Assembly (NCBI GenBank): GCA_001784435.1
Contig: MFQZ01000007.1
Location: forward strand, 137-43,138
Reading direction: 5' to 3'
Source: Candidatus Magasanikbacteria bacterium RIFOXYC2_FULL_42_28
GTDB taxonomy: Bacteria > Patescibacteriota > Patescibacteriia > Magasanikbacterales > GWA2-37-8
DNA: 43,002 nt
Shown piece after piece: positions 1 through 8,715 of this stretch. How positions within the stretch are numbered: the stretch's first letter is position 1; each line of letters starts with the position of its first letter. Under the pieces are notes generated by a model that did not search any database, was not told the origin of the DNA, and saw only the letters and a list, made by a program, of their open reading frames with translations. The position numbers and the translations under genes are program-made.

Positions 1-1
1 A

Positions 2-250
2 CCTTTACAAGAATTTTGGAAGTCCGCTCACCAAGCGAAAAAATTGGCAGTGTCCAACGATTTGTATGAAATCAAATCGTTTGTGGCAAAAAACGGAACG
101 AACCGCCGCCTGGTCGACAGAAAAGTGGCTTGGTTGCGGAAAAATCCGTTTCCAATTTTGGCCGAAAAAAACGAAAGTTTAACTTTGTCGGGCTGGAGAG
201 ACTTGAACTCACAATCCCCTGGTCCCAAACCAGGTGCTCTAGCCAATTGA
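2..250 (+). CDS. C-terminal fragment (5'-partial) of a probable large serine recombinase/integrase, reading antisense into tRNA-Pro
   Basis: Frame is open from the window edge: PLQEFWKSAHQAKKLAVSNDLYEIKSFVAKNGTNRRLVDRKVAWLRKNPFPILAE...SGWRDLN. From memory this resembles C-terminal tails of tRNA-adjacent CPR recombinases. No catalytic domain is in the window. Confidence 0.45.
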   Translation, partial: PLQEFWKSAHQAKKLAVSNDLYEIKSFVAKNGTNRRLVDRKVAWLRKNPFPILAEKNESLTLSGWRDLNSQSPGPKPGALAN

Positions 251-261
251 GCCATAGCCCG
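188..261 (-). tRNA. tRNA-Pro(TGG)
   Basis: Reverse complement CGGGCTATGGCTCAATTGGCTAGAGCACCTGGTTTGGGACCAGGGGATTGTGAGTTCAAGTCTCTCCAGCCCGA folds as a cloverleaf with anticodon TGG; CCA not encoded. Confidence 0.95.
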
Positions 262-300
262 TTTAAAACTCCCAGATAAACATCCGGGAGTTTTGCTCAG

Positions 301-658
301 TGCCGAGGGTGGGGATCGAACCCACGACGCAAGGCTCTTCCATTATTGCGCTCAAGTTACCTTGAGGATTGGACTATATCATCTTCCCGTCTGTCCGCCT
401 GAGGCGGAACTAAACCGGGAAGCTGGGCGCTATTTGCGGGATTATTGTTGGGACTCACCCGCTAGTCTCTACACCTTTCCGCCGACTACTACCCTGGCGG
501 ACTTGGCTCGGGATTATCCTTGGCAGGACTTCCCCGAATTCACCCAGTTTTTTGCGCCAAATTGGCACACCCGTTTGCTTTTGCAAACAGAAACCACTCA
601 TTACTGAATGGTGGCCCGAAGAGTTCAGGCCTTCGCTCTACCACTGAGCTACCTCGGC
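301..658 (-). tRNA. tRNA-Phe(GAA) split by an intron (5' exon 627-658, 3' exon 301-340)
   Basis: Joining GCCGAGGTAGCTCAGTGGTAGAGCGAAGGCCT and GAAGAGCCTTGCGTCGTGGGTTCGATCCCCACCCTCGGCA gives a full cloverleaf with anticodon arm AAGGC-CTGAAGA-GCCTT. Confidence 0.93.
341..626 (-). ncRNA. Group I self-splicing intron (286 nt, no ORF) inserted after U33 of tRNA-Phe
   Basis: P1 GGCCU/GGGCC with a U-G pair at the 5' splice site; P10 CUCUUC/GAAGAG; R element GUAGAGACUA; S element GAUAUAGUCC; terminal G. Confidence 0.92.
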
Positions 659-672
659 TAATTTTTTCTCTC

Positions 673-748
673 TGGTGGACCCTACCGGGCTCGAACCGGT
701 CACCCCCGCGTTGCAAACGCGGTGCTCTACCAAATGAGCTAAGGGCCC
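673..748 (-). tRNA. tRNA-Ala(TGC)
   Basis: GGGCCCTTAGCTCATTTGGTAGAGCACCGCGTTTGCAACGCGGGGGTGACCGGTTCGAGCCCGGTAGGGTCCACCA; G3-U70 pair; CCA encoded. Confidence 0.96.
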
Positions 749-861
749 GTTTTTGTCCGTGCCTCAATCCACTAAAAACAGAAGAATTATATCACAATTA
801 ACAAAAAAGTCAATAAATGGTATAATACAAATTAATCAAGTTTAAATTAACCGTTATTTTT

Positions 862-1275
862 ATGTACGACCTATTCGCAATCGGCCAAATCGCTTTGGCG
901 GTATTACTCGGTGGCATCTTAGGGTGGCAAAGAGAAAATTGGGGGAAATCCGCCGGCCCGCGCACTTACGCGCTTGTTACCGCCGGCTCAACTTTATTTA
1001 CTGTCTTGTCGCTCACCGCTTTTGACGGCTATACCGCGCAAGTCGCCGCTGGGATTGTTACCGGAATCGGATTTTTAGGCGTAGGCACAATTTTACACAA
1101 ACAAAATCATATTGAAGGACTGACCACCGCGGCCGGACTATGGATGGCGGCGGCAATTGGCATGGCCGTTGGCGTTGGCTATTTTTTCTTGGCGATTGCT
1201 TCCACTGTTATTATGCTCGCGGTATTAATGTTAGACGACCACCGCTTTAAAATTGATAAAAAAATCAAAGAGTAA
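862..1275 (+). CDS. MgtC/SapB family membrane protein
   Basis: Motifs LGGILGWQRE..KSAGPRT, GIVTGIGFLG and GLTTAAGLW. Confidence 0.9.
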   Translation: MYDLFAIGQIALAVLLGGILGWQRENWGKSAGPRTYALVTAGSTLFTVLSLTAFDGYTAQVAAGIVTGIGFLGVGTILHKQNHIEGLTTAAGLWMAAAIGMAVGVGYFFLAIASTVIMLAVLMLDDHRFKIDKKIKE

Positions 1276-1315
1276 GCCCGACCCCGACAAGTCGGGGTAT
1301 CTGGGCGGGCTTTTT
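1274..1315 (+). terminator. Probable intrinsic terminator after the MgtC-family gene
   Basis: AAGCCCG...CGGGCTTTTT stem enclosing a second hairpin ACCCCGAC-AA-GTCGGGGT. Confidence 0.55.
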
Positions 1316-1441
1316 AGACAAAGTGTCGGCTCCGCCGACGTATTAATAATTGTTTAATACCAGCCGTACACGGCTGAGTATCAAACTTCTAATAATTCCT
1401 AAATTTAAAAACGCCTCCGATTAAACGAAGGCTTTTTTGTT

Positions 1442-1939
1442 TTACAGGTAAAATCTTCCCAGCCAAAACAGCGCGCCGACAAAAATTATATCAATGTGAA
1501 GCCGTTTTAAAAAATTTAAAATATAAAGCGCCAAAACAAACGGGTAACCAATTATCACCAGTGGATTACGCCAAAATCGACGATTGGCTAAACCAAACAA
1601 TGATTTAGCATCTTGCGTGGAAGGAATAGCGTGCATGCCAGCGGCGAACCCAAGCCATACCCATACCCACGGCTGTAAACGCATGAACGGCTCGCGAAAT
1701 TGCGAAAAGGCAAATAAAGTAAAAAGGGTGTTGATAAAAAGCGGCCCCAAAGAAACAAAAAATCCCTGATAAAATTTCTGCGGTTCGTCGTGCTCTACAT
1801 ATCCGGCCAAACGTCCAAATTGGAATAATTTAATCTTGTGAATTTTTACCCCGGCCATCACACAAAAAAACGCGTGAGACAATTCATGCATCATGACACC
1901 GGGCGAGGTTAATAGATTGTAGAAGTAATAGAAAAACAT
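1442..1939 (-). CDS. Putative membrane zinc metalloprotease (M50-like)
   Basis: HExxH motif (HELSH), hydrophobic segments, PSxxD motif. Confidence 0.65.
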   Translation of the reverse strand: MFFYYFYNLLTSPGVMMHELSHAFFCVMAGVKIHKIKLFQFGRLAGYVEHDEPQKFYQGFFVSLGPLFINTLFTLFAFSQFREPFMRLQPWVWVWLGFAAGMHAIPSTQDAKSLFGLANRRFWRNPLVIIGYPFVLALYILNFLKRLHIDIIFVGALFWLGRFYL

Positions 1940-1951
1940 ATAAGTATTGCT

Positions 1952-2263
1952 TTATTTTTTTTCTAACGCACTCTTACAAATTGCTTTGCCAAATGGGCTG
2001 GCTGACACCGGGGAATACTTCAAACACAAACGTAATGCTTTATCCGGATAACGTACATATATTTTAGACGCTTCATTAATAGCACAAGAATATTCTATAC
2101 CAACTATATTTTTATTTTGATTTTCCTTAATACATTTGGTAACATTCCGATTGCTTTCACTAAAATAATCAAGATACCCAAAAAATAATTTAAAATTTAA
2201 ACCTAGAAAAATAATCAAAATTGTCCCGACATAAACTAACAACTTTTTTAATTTTGAGTTCAT
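1952..2263 (-). CDS. Hypothetical protein with N-terminal TM helix and four Cys
   Basis: 103-aa ORF, co-oriented and tightly spaced with its neighbours. Confidence 0.6.
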   Translation of the reverse strand: MNSKLKKLLVYVGTILIIFLGLNFKLFFGYLDYFSESNRNVTKCIKENQNKNIVGIEYSCAINEASKIYVRYPDKALRLCLKYSPVSASPFGKAICKSALEKK

Positions 2264-2267
2264 ACGA

Positions 2268-3518
2268 TTAATTAATTTTATTTAAATTATATTGAATAAC
2301 AAATACCACCCCCCACATCGCCCAAAAAATAAACGCCAAATCATTTTTAAAATACGGCACATCTACCAAACCATGAACCGATAATGCCACAAGCGCCCCA
2401 ATTAAACACGCCCCCAACCATTTTTCTTTTTTGTAAATTTTGACCGCAAAATACGCCCAACACCCCAGCAATCCCACCCACGCCAACATTCCAAACAGTC
2501 CAATCTCGCTCCAAAAATTTAAAAACATATTATGCGGATAAATTAAATGTTCGCTCACACCCACATTAAATAACGGCCGTTCCACCTGTTCAAAAAATTG
2601 CCTGATGCCGGCGCCACCGATAAAATTATTAGGCGAAGTAATTAAATAATCCCAGGTATGCCCCCACAAAACTAAACGACTTTGTCCAGCCGTGTCGGCA
2701 AACATTACCGCGCTACGCAAAGACGGGATAGCCACAATCGCCATAATTCCCAATACCACCACTGCCATCGCCGCTTTTTTTTGGCCAATCAAATATCCAA
2801 ACACCACCGCGCTTACAGCCAAACCAATCCAAGCGCCTTGAGAAAATGACAAACAAACAGCAATCACGGCGAGCCCGGCCAAAGACCAATAAACCAACTG
2901 CTGATAATATTCCACGACGTATTTTTTCAAAGATAAAATTATAAAAAATAACGGCGCGACATACAAACCAATAGCGTTAGGTGAAGTATAAAAAGAAGTA
3001 ACGCGATTGCCAAAATTATCATTCCACAAACTCGGCGCTGTCGGCGCGCCCAAATTTTGCGCCACAGCCAAAGCCGATACTGATAAGGTTGACAATCCCA
3101 ATGCCAAAAGCAAACGCCGATTACTCAAATTTTCACCTCGGCCAATAATCATCATCGCCAAAAGCATTGGCTCCAAAAAATACGCCCGCCACTCACCGGC
3201 AGATTTTAACCAATGCATACTGGACACTACCCCCAAAACAGAAGTAAAGAAAAAAATCCCGACAATAATAGTCGTGATTTTGTGTTCCTGCCAAAATTTT
3301 TTTAAATTACCAGCATCCACGCGCGCGAATTTAACAAGCCACACCAAAAATACTGCCCCAAAAGTAATTTCGAGTAGCGTCGTCGGCAAACCAAAAAAAT
3401 TAAATCTAATCAAATACGCCGGCATTATCAAAATCAACCAACACAAAGCATACTGCCACTGACGCCAGGCGAAAATCCCTAACAGCGCAAAATATATTGC
3501 TACCAAAATAATTTCCAT
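2268..3518 (-). CDS. O-antigen ligase (Wzy_C) family protein
   Basis: Polytopic membrane protein with SFSQGAW, R..LW, PHNMFL..WSEIGLFG and HGLVD motifs. Confidence 0.85.
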   Translation of the reverse strand: MEIILVAIYFALLGIFAWRQWQYALCWLILIMPAYLIRFNFFGLPTTLLEITFGAVFLVWLVKFARVDAGNLKKFWQEHKITTIIVGIFFFTSVLGVVSSMHWLKSAGEWRAYFLEPMLLAMMIIGRGENLSNRRLLLALGLSTLSVSALAVAQNLGAPTAPSLWNDNFGNRVTSFYTSPNAIGLYVAPLFFIILSLKKYVVEYYQQLVYWSLAGLAVIAVCLSFSQGAWIGLAVSAVVFGYLIGQKKAAMAVVVLGIMAIVAIPSLRSAVMFADTAGQSRLVLWGHTWDYLITSPNNFIGGAGIRQFFEQVERPLFNVGVSEHLIYPHNMFLNFWSEIGLFGMLAWVGLLGCWAYFAVKIYKKEKWLGACLIGALVALSVHGLVDVPYFKNDLAFIFWAMWGVVFVIQYNLNKIN

Positions 3519-3523
3519 GGGGA

Positions 3524-4954
3524 TTAATACCGATAATTCTCCGCCTTATACGGCCCATTCTCGTGCACGCTCAAATATTCCGACTGGGCTTTGGTTAATT
3601 TTGTTAATTTCACCCCGATTTTTTCCAAATGCAATCGCGCCACTTCTTCATCCAACTCTTTTGGTAATAAATACACACCCACTTCATATTTTTTAGTCGC
3701 GAGTTCAATCTGCGCCAACACCTGATTGGAAAAAGACGCGCTCATTACAAACGACGGATGACCGGTCGCGCACCCCAAATTCATTAGTCGTCCTTCGGCC
3801 AACATATAAATTTCTTTTTTGGTTGGCAAAATATATTTATCAACCTGTGGTTTAACATTTACTTTTTTCACACCTTTGGCCTTATTTAATTTTTCCACCT
3901 CAATTTCATTATCAAAGTGGCCGATGTTAGAAACAATCGCCTGGTCTTTCATTTTTAACATATGCTCCAAACGAATCACGCCCAAATTGCCGGTGGCCGT
4001 CACGTAAATATCGGCCTCACCCAAAGTGTCTTCAATTGTTTTAACTTCATACCCTTCCATCGCCGCCTGCAAAGCGCAAATCGGGTCAATTTCGGTAATA
4101 ATAACCCGGCACCCCTGACCACGAAGCGCCTGCGCGCACCCTTTGCCCACTTCGCCATAACCACACACGACCGCCACTTTTCCGCCCATCATCACATCCA
4201 TCGCGCGATTCAAACCATCAACCACCGAATGTCGACAACCATAGATATTATCAAATTTTGATTTCGTCACCGAGTCATTGACATTTATCGCTGGAAATAA
4301 TAATTTCCCGGCTTTGCTCATTTGATACAAGCGATGCACGCCGGTCGTGGTTTCTTCCGATACGCCCCGCACTTTTTTGGCGACCGCACTCCAGCGGGTT
4401 GGAGTTTTTTTGTATTCCACTTTTAATAATTTCATCAATTCTTGAAAATCTTCACCCTCGCTTGAATAATTTTTTTCTAATAATTTTGGATTGGCTTCAG
4501 TTTCTACACCTTTATGAATTAAAAGTGTGGCATCGCCACCATCGTCCACAATTAAATCCGGCCCGGTCTTCGCTGCGCTACGCCCGGCAAGCCCGTCTTC
4601 GGAAAAATCCAAAGCGCGTTCGGTGCACCACCAATATTCCGCCAACGTCTCCCCTTTCCACGCAAATACCGGTATGCCATTTTTGGCAATTGCAGCCGCT
4701 GCGTGATCTTGGGTAGAAAAAATATTACACGACGCCCAACGCACATTGGCGCCCAGCGCGACCAACGTCTCGGCTAATACCGCGGTCTGAATGGTCATAT
4801 GAAGAGAACCGGTAATATTCAAACCTTTCAACGGTTTTTTCGTGGCGTATTTTTTACGAATAGACATGAGTCCGGGCATTTCCCGCTCGGCAATGTCAAT
4901 TTCTTTTCTACCCCAATCGGCTAAACCAATATCTTTTATTTTGTATTCCGGCAT
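3524..4954 (-). CDS. ahcY: Adenosylhomocysteinase
   Basis: Motifs [36 protein letters not shown] and NLGCATGHP. Confidence 0.98.
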   Translation of the reverse strand: MPEYKIKDIGLADWGRKEIDIAEREMPGLMSIRKKYATKKPLKGLNITGSLHMTIQTAVLAETLVALGANVRWASCNIFSTQDHAAAAIAKNGIPVFAWKGETLAEYWWCTERALDFSEDGLAGRSAAKTGPDLIVDDGGDATLLIHKGVETEANPKLLEKNYSSEGEDFQELMKLLKVEYKKTPTRWSAVAKKVRGVSEETTTGVHRLYQMSKAGKLLFPAINVNDSVTKSKFDNIYGCRHSVVDGLNRAMDVMMGGKVAVVCGYGEVGKGCAQALRGQGCRVIITEIDPICALQAAMEGYEVKTIEDTLGEADIYVTATGNLGVIRLEHMLKMKDQAIVSNIGHFDNEIEVEKLNKAKGVKKVNVKPQVDKYILPTKKEIYMLAEGRLMNLGCATGHPSFVMSASFSNQVLAQIELATKKYEVGVYLLPKELDEEVARLHLEKIGVKLTKLTKAQSEYLSVHENGPYKAENYRY

Positions 4955-4990
4955 AATAATTAAAATAATTATAAATAAAATTCGCGTTTA

Positions 4991-5983
4991 TCACCAAATT
5001 ATTTCTAATGCTAAATAAACCAAATATAAACCGATAAGCACCGCGCCTTCCCATCTTTCCAAACGATTTTTGGTATGTAAAAAAACCATCATCACGACCG
5101 AAACCACCGCTAAACTAATCGCCGCTAAAATAAAATGTTTCAAAGAAATAATTGAAAACGGAAATAACATTGCCAAAACTCCAATTATTAAAATATTAGC
5201 GGACGCGCTCCCCAAAATATCACCGACCACTACCTCCGGATTTTCACGCCGACCGCGCAATATTATCGTCAACTCCGGCAAATTCGTCCCCACTGCCAAT
5301 ACCACGAGTCCCACCCAAACCGCTGGCACATTCCAAGCGGTCACGAGCACCAATGATTGCTCGGTAATGACCCAAGAAAAAACCAATAAACCGGCCAAAG
5401 CCAAACCGAATTTAACAACTAATTCCGGCCAAGCATATTCTCGTGTTGGCGGTTCCCAGCCGTTTAACCGGCGATCATAAACCGCGTGCGCCACAAAAAA
5501 TCCATAAGCAACCATAAGCGCCAAGCCATCCCAGCGCGACAATTCCCGATCCGCGATTAAAAGCAAGGGCAACAATACCACCACCGCCATTAAAATCAAA
5601 TCCTTAACAAAAAACTCACGACGGGCAAAAGGCAAAAATTTCGGCGCGAAACGAAATAAATTGAAAGAAGAAAATTTATCACCGGTAAAAATTCCTTCCT
5701 TTTGCAAAACCGCGCTCAAACCAACCAATAAAGTAAAAAGCACGACTATGCCTCCCACTAAATTACCCAAAGACAATTGCGGTTTGCCCTCTAACCCGGC
5801 GTTAATGGCGATAAACAACTCCGGCGCGCTGGTCGCGATTCCCAACAAAAAAAACCCGACCGTAAATTCTCCCCAGCCCAATTTTTTACCAAAAGCGCTA
5901 AGAGTTCTCACTAAAACACCGGCGCATTGACTGATTAAGACCAGCGCGACACCAATAGTAGCCAAAGCGGAAAAAACAATCAT
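4991..5983 (-). CDS. Sodium/calcium exchanger (YrbG-like) membrane protein
   Basis: Alpha-repeat motifs ATSAPEL and GTNLPEL. Confidence 0.85.
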   Translation of the reverse strand: MIVFSALATIGVALVLISQCAGVLVRTLSAFGKKLGWGEFTVGFFLLGIATSAPELFIAINAGLEGKPQLSLGNLVGGIVVLFTLLVGLSAVLQKEGIFTGDKFSSFNLFRFAPKFLPFARREFFVKDLILMAVVVLLPLLLIADRELSRWDGLALMVAYGFFVAHAVYDRRLNGWEPPTREYAWPELVVKFGLALAGLLVFSWVITEQSLVLVTAWNVPAVWVGLVVLAVGTNLPELTIILRGRRENPEVVVGDILGSASANILIIGVLAMLFPFSIISLKHFILAAISLAVVSVVMMVFLHTKNRLERWEGAVLIGLYLVYLALEIIW

Positions 5984-5990
5984 AGTACGT

Positions 5991-6947
5991 TTAACCGCGA
6001 TAAATTAAATACCCAATATAAACAATATACAACAAAACAAACAACGCCCCTTGCCACCTGTCCAACTTACGGCGCGTACCTACAAACATAAATAAAAACA
6101 ACAAAACAGTCGCGGCAACACCTACCAACACGTCAAAATTTACCGCCGGGCTAAACGGCAATTGCAACATCGTGCCGGTTAGGCCCAAAATCCAAAACAC
6201 ATTAAAAATATTACTACCCACAATGTTGCCGACCGCTATATCATCTTCACCGCGATAAGCGGCCACAATTGAAGTAAATAGTTCCGGCAAAGAAGTGCCA
6301 ACGGCCACGACTGTTAAGCCAATGAGCGCTTCGGACAACCCGCCCAAACGCGCGAGGATAATGGCGTTATCCACCAAAATTTTTCCGCCAAAAAACAAAG
6401 CGACCAGACCGGCCAAAGTAAGTATACTGGAAACACCCCAAGAATACGCCGCCACCTGTTCGGATTTAATTTCACCCTGTTTGGCCAAGCCAAAAATGTA
6501 ATACATAAATATAACAAAGATTGCAATCAGCGAAAATCCATCCGTGCGCGTCAAAGCGTTAGAGCCCGCTCCATCAAACAAAGCGTCATTGCCCATGGTA
6601 AAAACCAGAAATATGCCCAAAAGAGCGAACGGGATTTCTTTCCAAACTGTGCTGTTTTTAACGGTCAAAGGGTAAATTAACGCCGACAAACCCAAAATCA
6701 ACAAAATGTTGGCAATGTTACTACCGACGATATTGCCTATGGCCACATCAGCCGAACCGCGCCAAGCCGCAAAAATATTTACGATCAATTCCGGCGCCGA
6801 AGTGCCAAAAGCCACTATCGTCAAGCCGATAACCAACGGTGAAATACCCCATTTCTTCGCGAGCGATGACGAGCCACGCACCAAACTCTCGGCTCCCAAA
6901 ATTAAAATCCCTAAACTAACGACAATTAAAATAATCGCTAACCACAT
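5991..6947 (-). CDS. Calcium/sodium antiporter (YrbG family)
   Basis: GTSAPEL...GNIVGSN and GTSLPEL...GNIVGSN repeats. Confidence 0.92.
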   Translation of the reverse strand: MWLAIILIVVSLGILILGAESLVRGSSSLAKKWGISPLVIGLTIVAFGTSAPELIVNIFAAWRGSADVAIGNIVGSNIANILLILGLSALIYPLTVKNSTVWKEIPFALLGIFLVFTMGNDALFDGAGSNALTRTDGFSLIAIFVIFMYYIFGLAKQGEIKSEQVAAYSWGVSSILTLAGLVALFFGGKILVDNAIILARLGGLSEALIGLTVVAVGTSLPELFTSIVAAYRGEDDIAVGNIVGSNIFNVFWILGLTGTMLQLPFSPAVNFDVLVGVAATVLLFLFMFVGTRRKLDRWQGALFVLLYIVYIGYLIYRG

Positions 6948-6950
6948 AAA

Positions 6951-7901
6951 TTAAGTAATCAATAAATTAATTTCTTCGTCAAAACTTTTTTGATATCGTT
7001 CACTAAATTTCTCTTTGGTAAATTTATGCGCTTGCGTGCCATAACTCTCTATGGCATAACTAGCCGCCACTGCCCCCATCTGCCCACAAGTTTTCCAGTT
7101 ATAGCCAAGTTCATATCCAACAAAAAAACCAGCGCGGTAAGCATCCCCTGCCCCAGTCGGATCATCAAACGATTGTGGGGCACAAGCACCCACTTCTACG
7201 GTCTCGCCATCGGCTGTCATAATTACCGACCCTTTTTCACCCAAAGTGGTAATTAATACTTTACAATTTTTTAGTATCTCTTTACTGTCCCAAGCAGTGC
7301 GTTCCTGCAATAATTTAATTTCATAATCATTGCCCACGACAAAATGCGCCTGCGAAATCATTTTTTTCAACTCCATTTCATCAAACGCCGTCATTTGCTG
7401 GCCCGGATCAAATACAGTTTTGATGCCGGCTTGAAAACAATCCAGCAAATGTTTTTTCATTACTTCCTTATAAGTGGGAGAGATAAGCGCCAAAGTTAAA
7501 TTCGGTAATCTATCCACCTCAGTTTCAAGCGAACGATATAAAGGCCCGTTAAAAAAAGCGGTAATTTGATTATCATCGGCATCGGTAGTGATATACGCCG
7601 CCGCCGTATTTTGCTTGTCATCGGTAATAACATTTTCAATATTAATACCAAGTGAACGCAAATGCTCTAAATATTGCCCGCCATCTTTGCCTAAAGTTGA
7701 CACCAAAAACGAATCAACTCCCAATAACTTCATAGTGTAAGCAATATTCCCAGCCGTTCCGCCCCAACTCTGCTCTAATTTATCTACCATAAAGCAAACA
7801 TTCAAAATGTGCACCTGCTCTGGTAAAATATGATTTTTAAAACTATCGGGAAAATTCATGATATGGTCATAAACCAAAGTACCGGATACTAAAATAGACA
7901 T
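6951..7901 (-). CDS. PfkB-family carbohydrate/nucleoside kinase (adenosine kinase-like)
   Basis: Motifs GGTAGNIAY, FDPGQQ and DPTGAGDAYRAG. Confidence 0.88.
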   Translation of the reverse strand: MSILVSGTLVYDHIMNFPDSFKNHILPEQVHILNVCFMVDKLEQSWGGTAGNIAYTMKLLGVDSFLVSTLGKDGGQYLEHLRSLGINIENVITDDKQNTAAAYITTDADDNQITAFFNGPLYRSLETEVDRLPNLTLALISPTYKEVMKKHLLDCFQAGIKTVFDPGQQMTAFDEMELKKMISQAHFVVGNDYEIKLLQERTAWDSKEILKNCKVLITTLGEKGSVIMTADGETVEVGACAPQSFDDPTGAGDAYRAGFFVGYELGYNWKTCGQMGAVAASYAIESYGTQAHKFTKEKFSERYQKSFDEEINLLIT

Positions 7902-8094
7902 AGAACCACGAATATTTATTCACAAATTTACACGAATACTTTGACGCAAGTGTAATCTTGATTAACAAAACTTACCTAGCAATCAAGCTATTAGTGTTGA
8001 TTAGTGACATTGAATTAATGGTTCTAATATACCAAAAATTATGGGATTTGTCTAACCCCGACAGATACTTACTAAAACGAAAAAATAAATCACA

Positions 8095-8715
8095 TTATTT
8101 TGATTTCTCGCTCCTTTTTTCCAACTCCAAAATTATTTTACTAAATGGTATATTTCTTTGGACCAATAGTACTGTCAAGTGAAATAATAGATCAGAAAAT
8201 TCTTCTATCACCCGTCGATTTGATTTATTTTTACCAGCAATAATTACTTCCGCCGCCTCTTCCCCTATTTTTTGGACAATCCTGTCAATTCCACCTTTAA
8301 AGAGAGAACTACTGTATGAATTTTTTGGTAATTCTTTTTTGCGCGTCCTAAGTAAATTGTATAATTGCGACATAAAATTTAAACCGCCATTGAACGACTC
8401 ATTAAAACATGAATATCTGCCGGTATGACAGACAGAACCGCTCGGACGAGCCAAAATCAAAATCGTGTCACTATCACAATCAGTAGTAATAGACACAACC
8501 TTTAAATAATTGCCCGACTCCTCACCTTTTTCCCATAGACGCTTTTTGCTACGGCTCCAAAATATTACTTTCCCGGATTTAATTGTCTTTTCTAAAGCCA
8601 ACTTATTCATAAAACCAACCATCAACACCACTTTGGTATCGCAATCTTGAATCACCGCCGGCACCAAGCCGTCCAATTTGGAGAAGTTAATTTTTTTAAG
8701 AGAAATGTTTTTCAT
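8095..8715 (-). CDS. hisIE: Bifunctional phosphoribosyl-AMP cyclohydrolase / phosphoribosyl-ATP pyrophosphatase
   Basis: WEKGEESG, DCDSD and CHTG..SCF motifs, then the HisE motif KIGEEA. Confidence 0.95.
   Translation of the reverse strand: MKNISLKKINFSKLDGLVPAVIQDCDTKVVLMVGFMNKLALEKTIKSGKVIFWSRSKKRLWEKGEESGNYLKVVSITTDCDSDTILILARPSGSVCHTGRYSCFNESFNGGLNFMSQLYNLLRTRKKELPKNSYSSSLFKGGIDRIVQKIGEEAAEVIIAGKNKSNRRVIEEFSDLLFHLTVLLVQRNIPFSKIILELEKRSEKSK

Noticed and set aside
28-801. ORFs 28..255, 293..607, 520..801 and 540..767
   Set aside because: They overlap tRNA genes and the group I intron and show no protein motifs. The intron has no homing endonuclease ORF.
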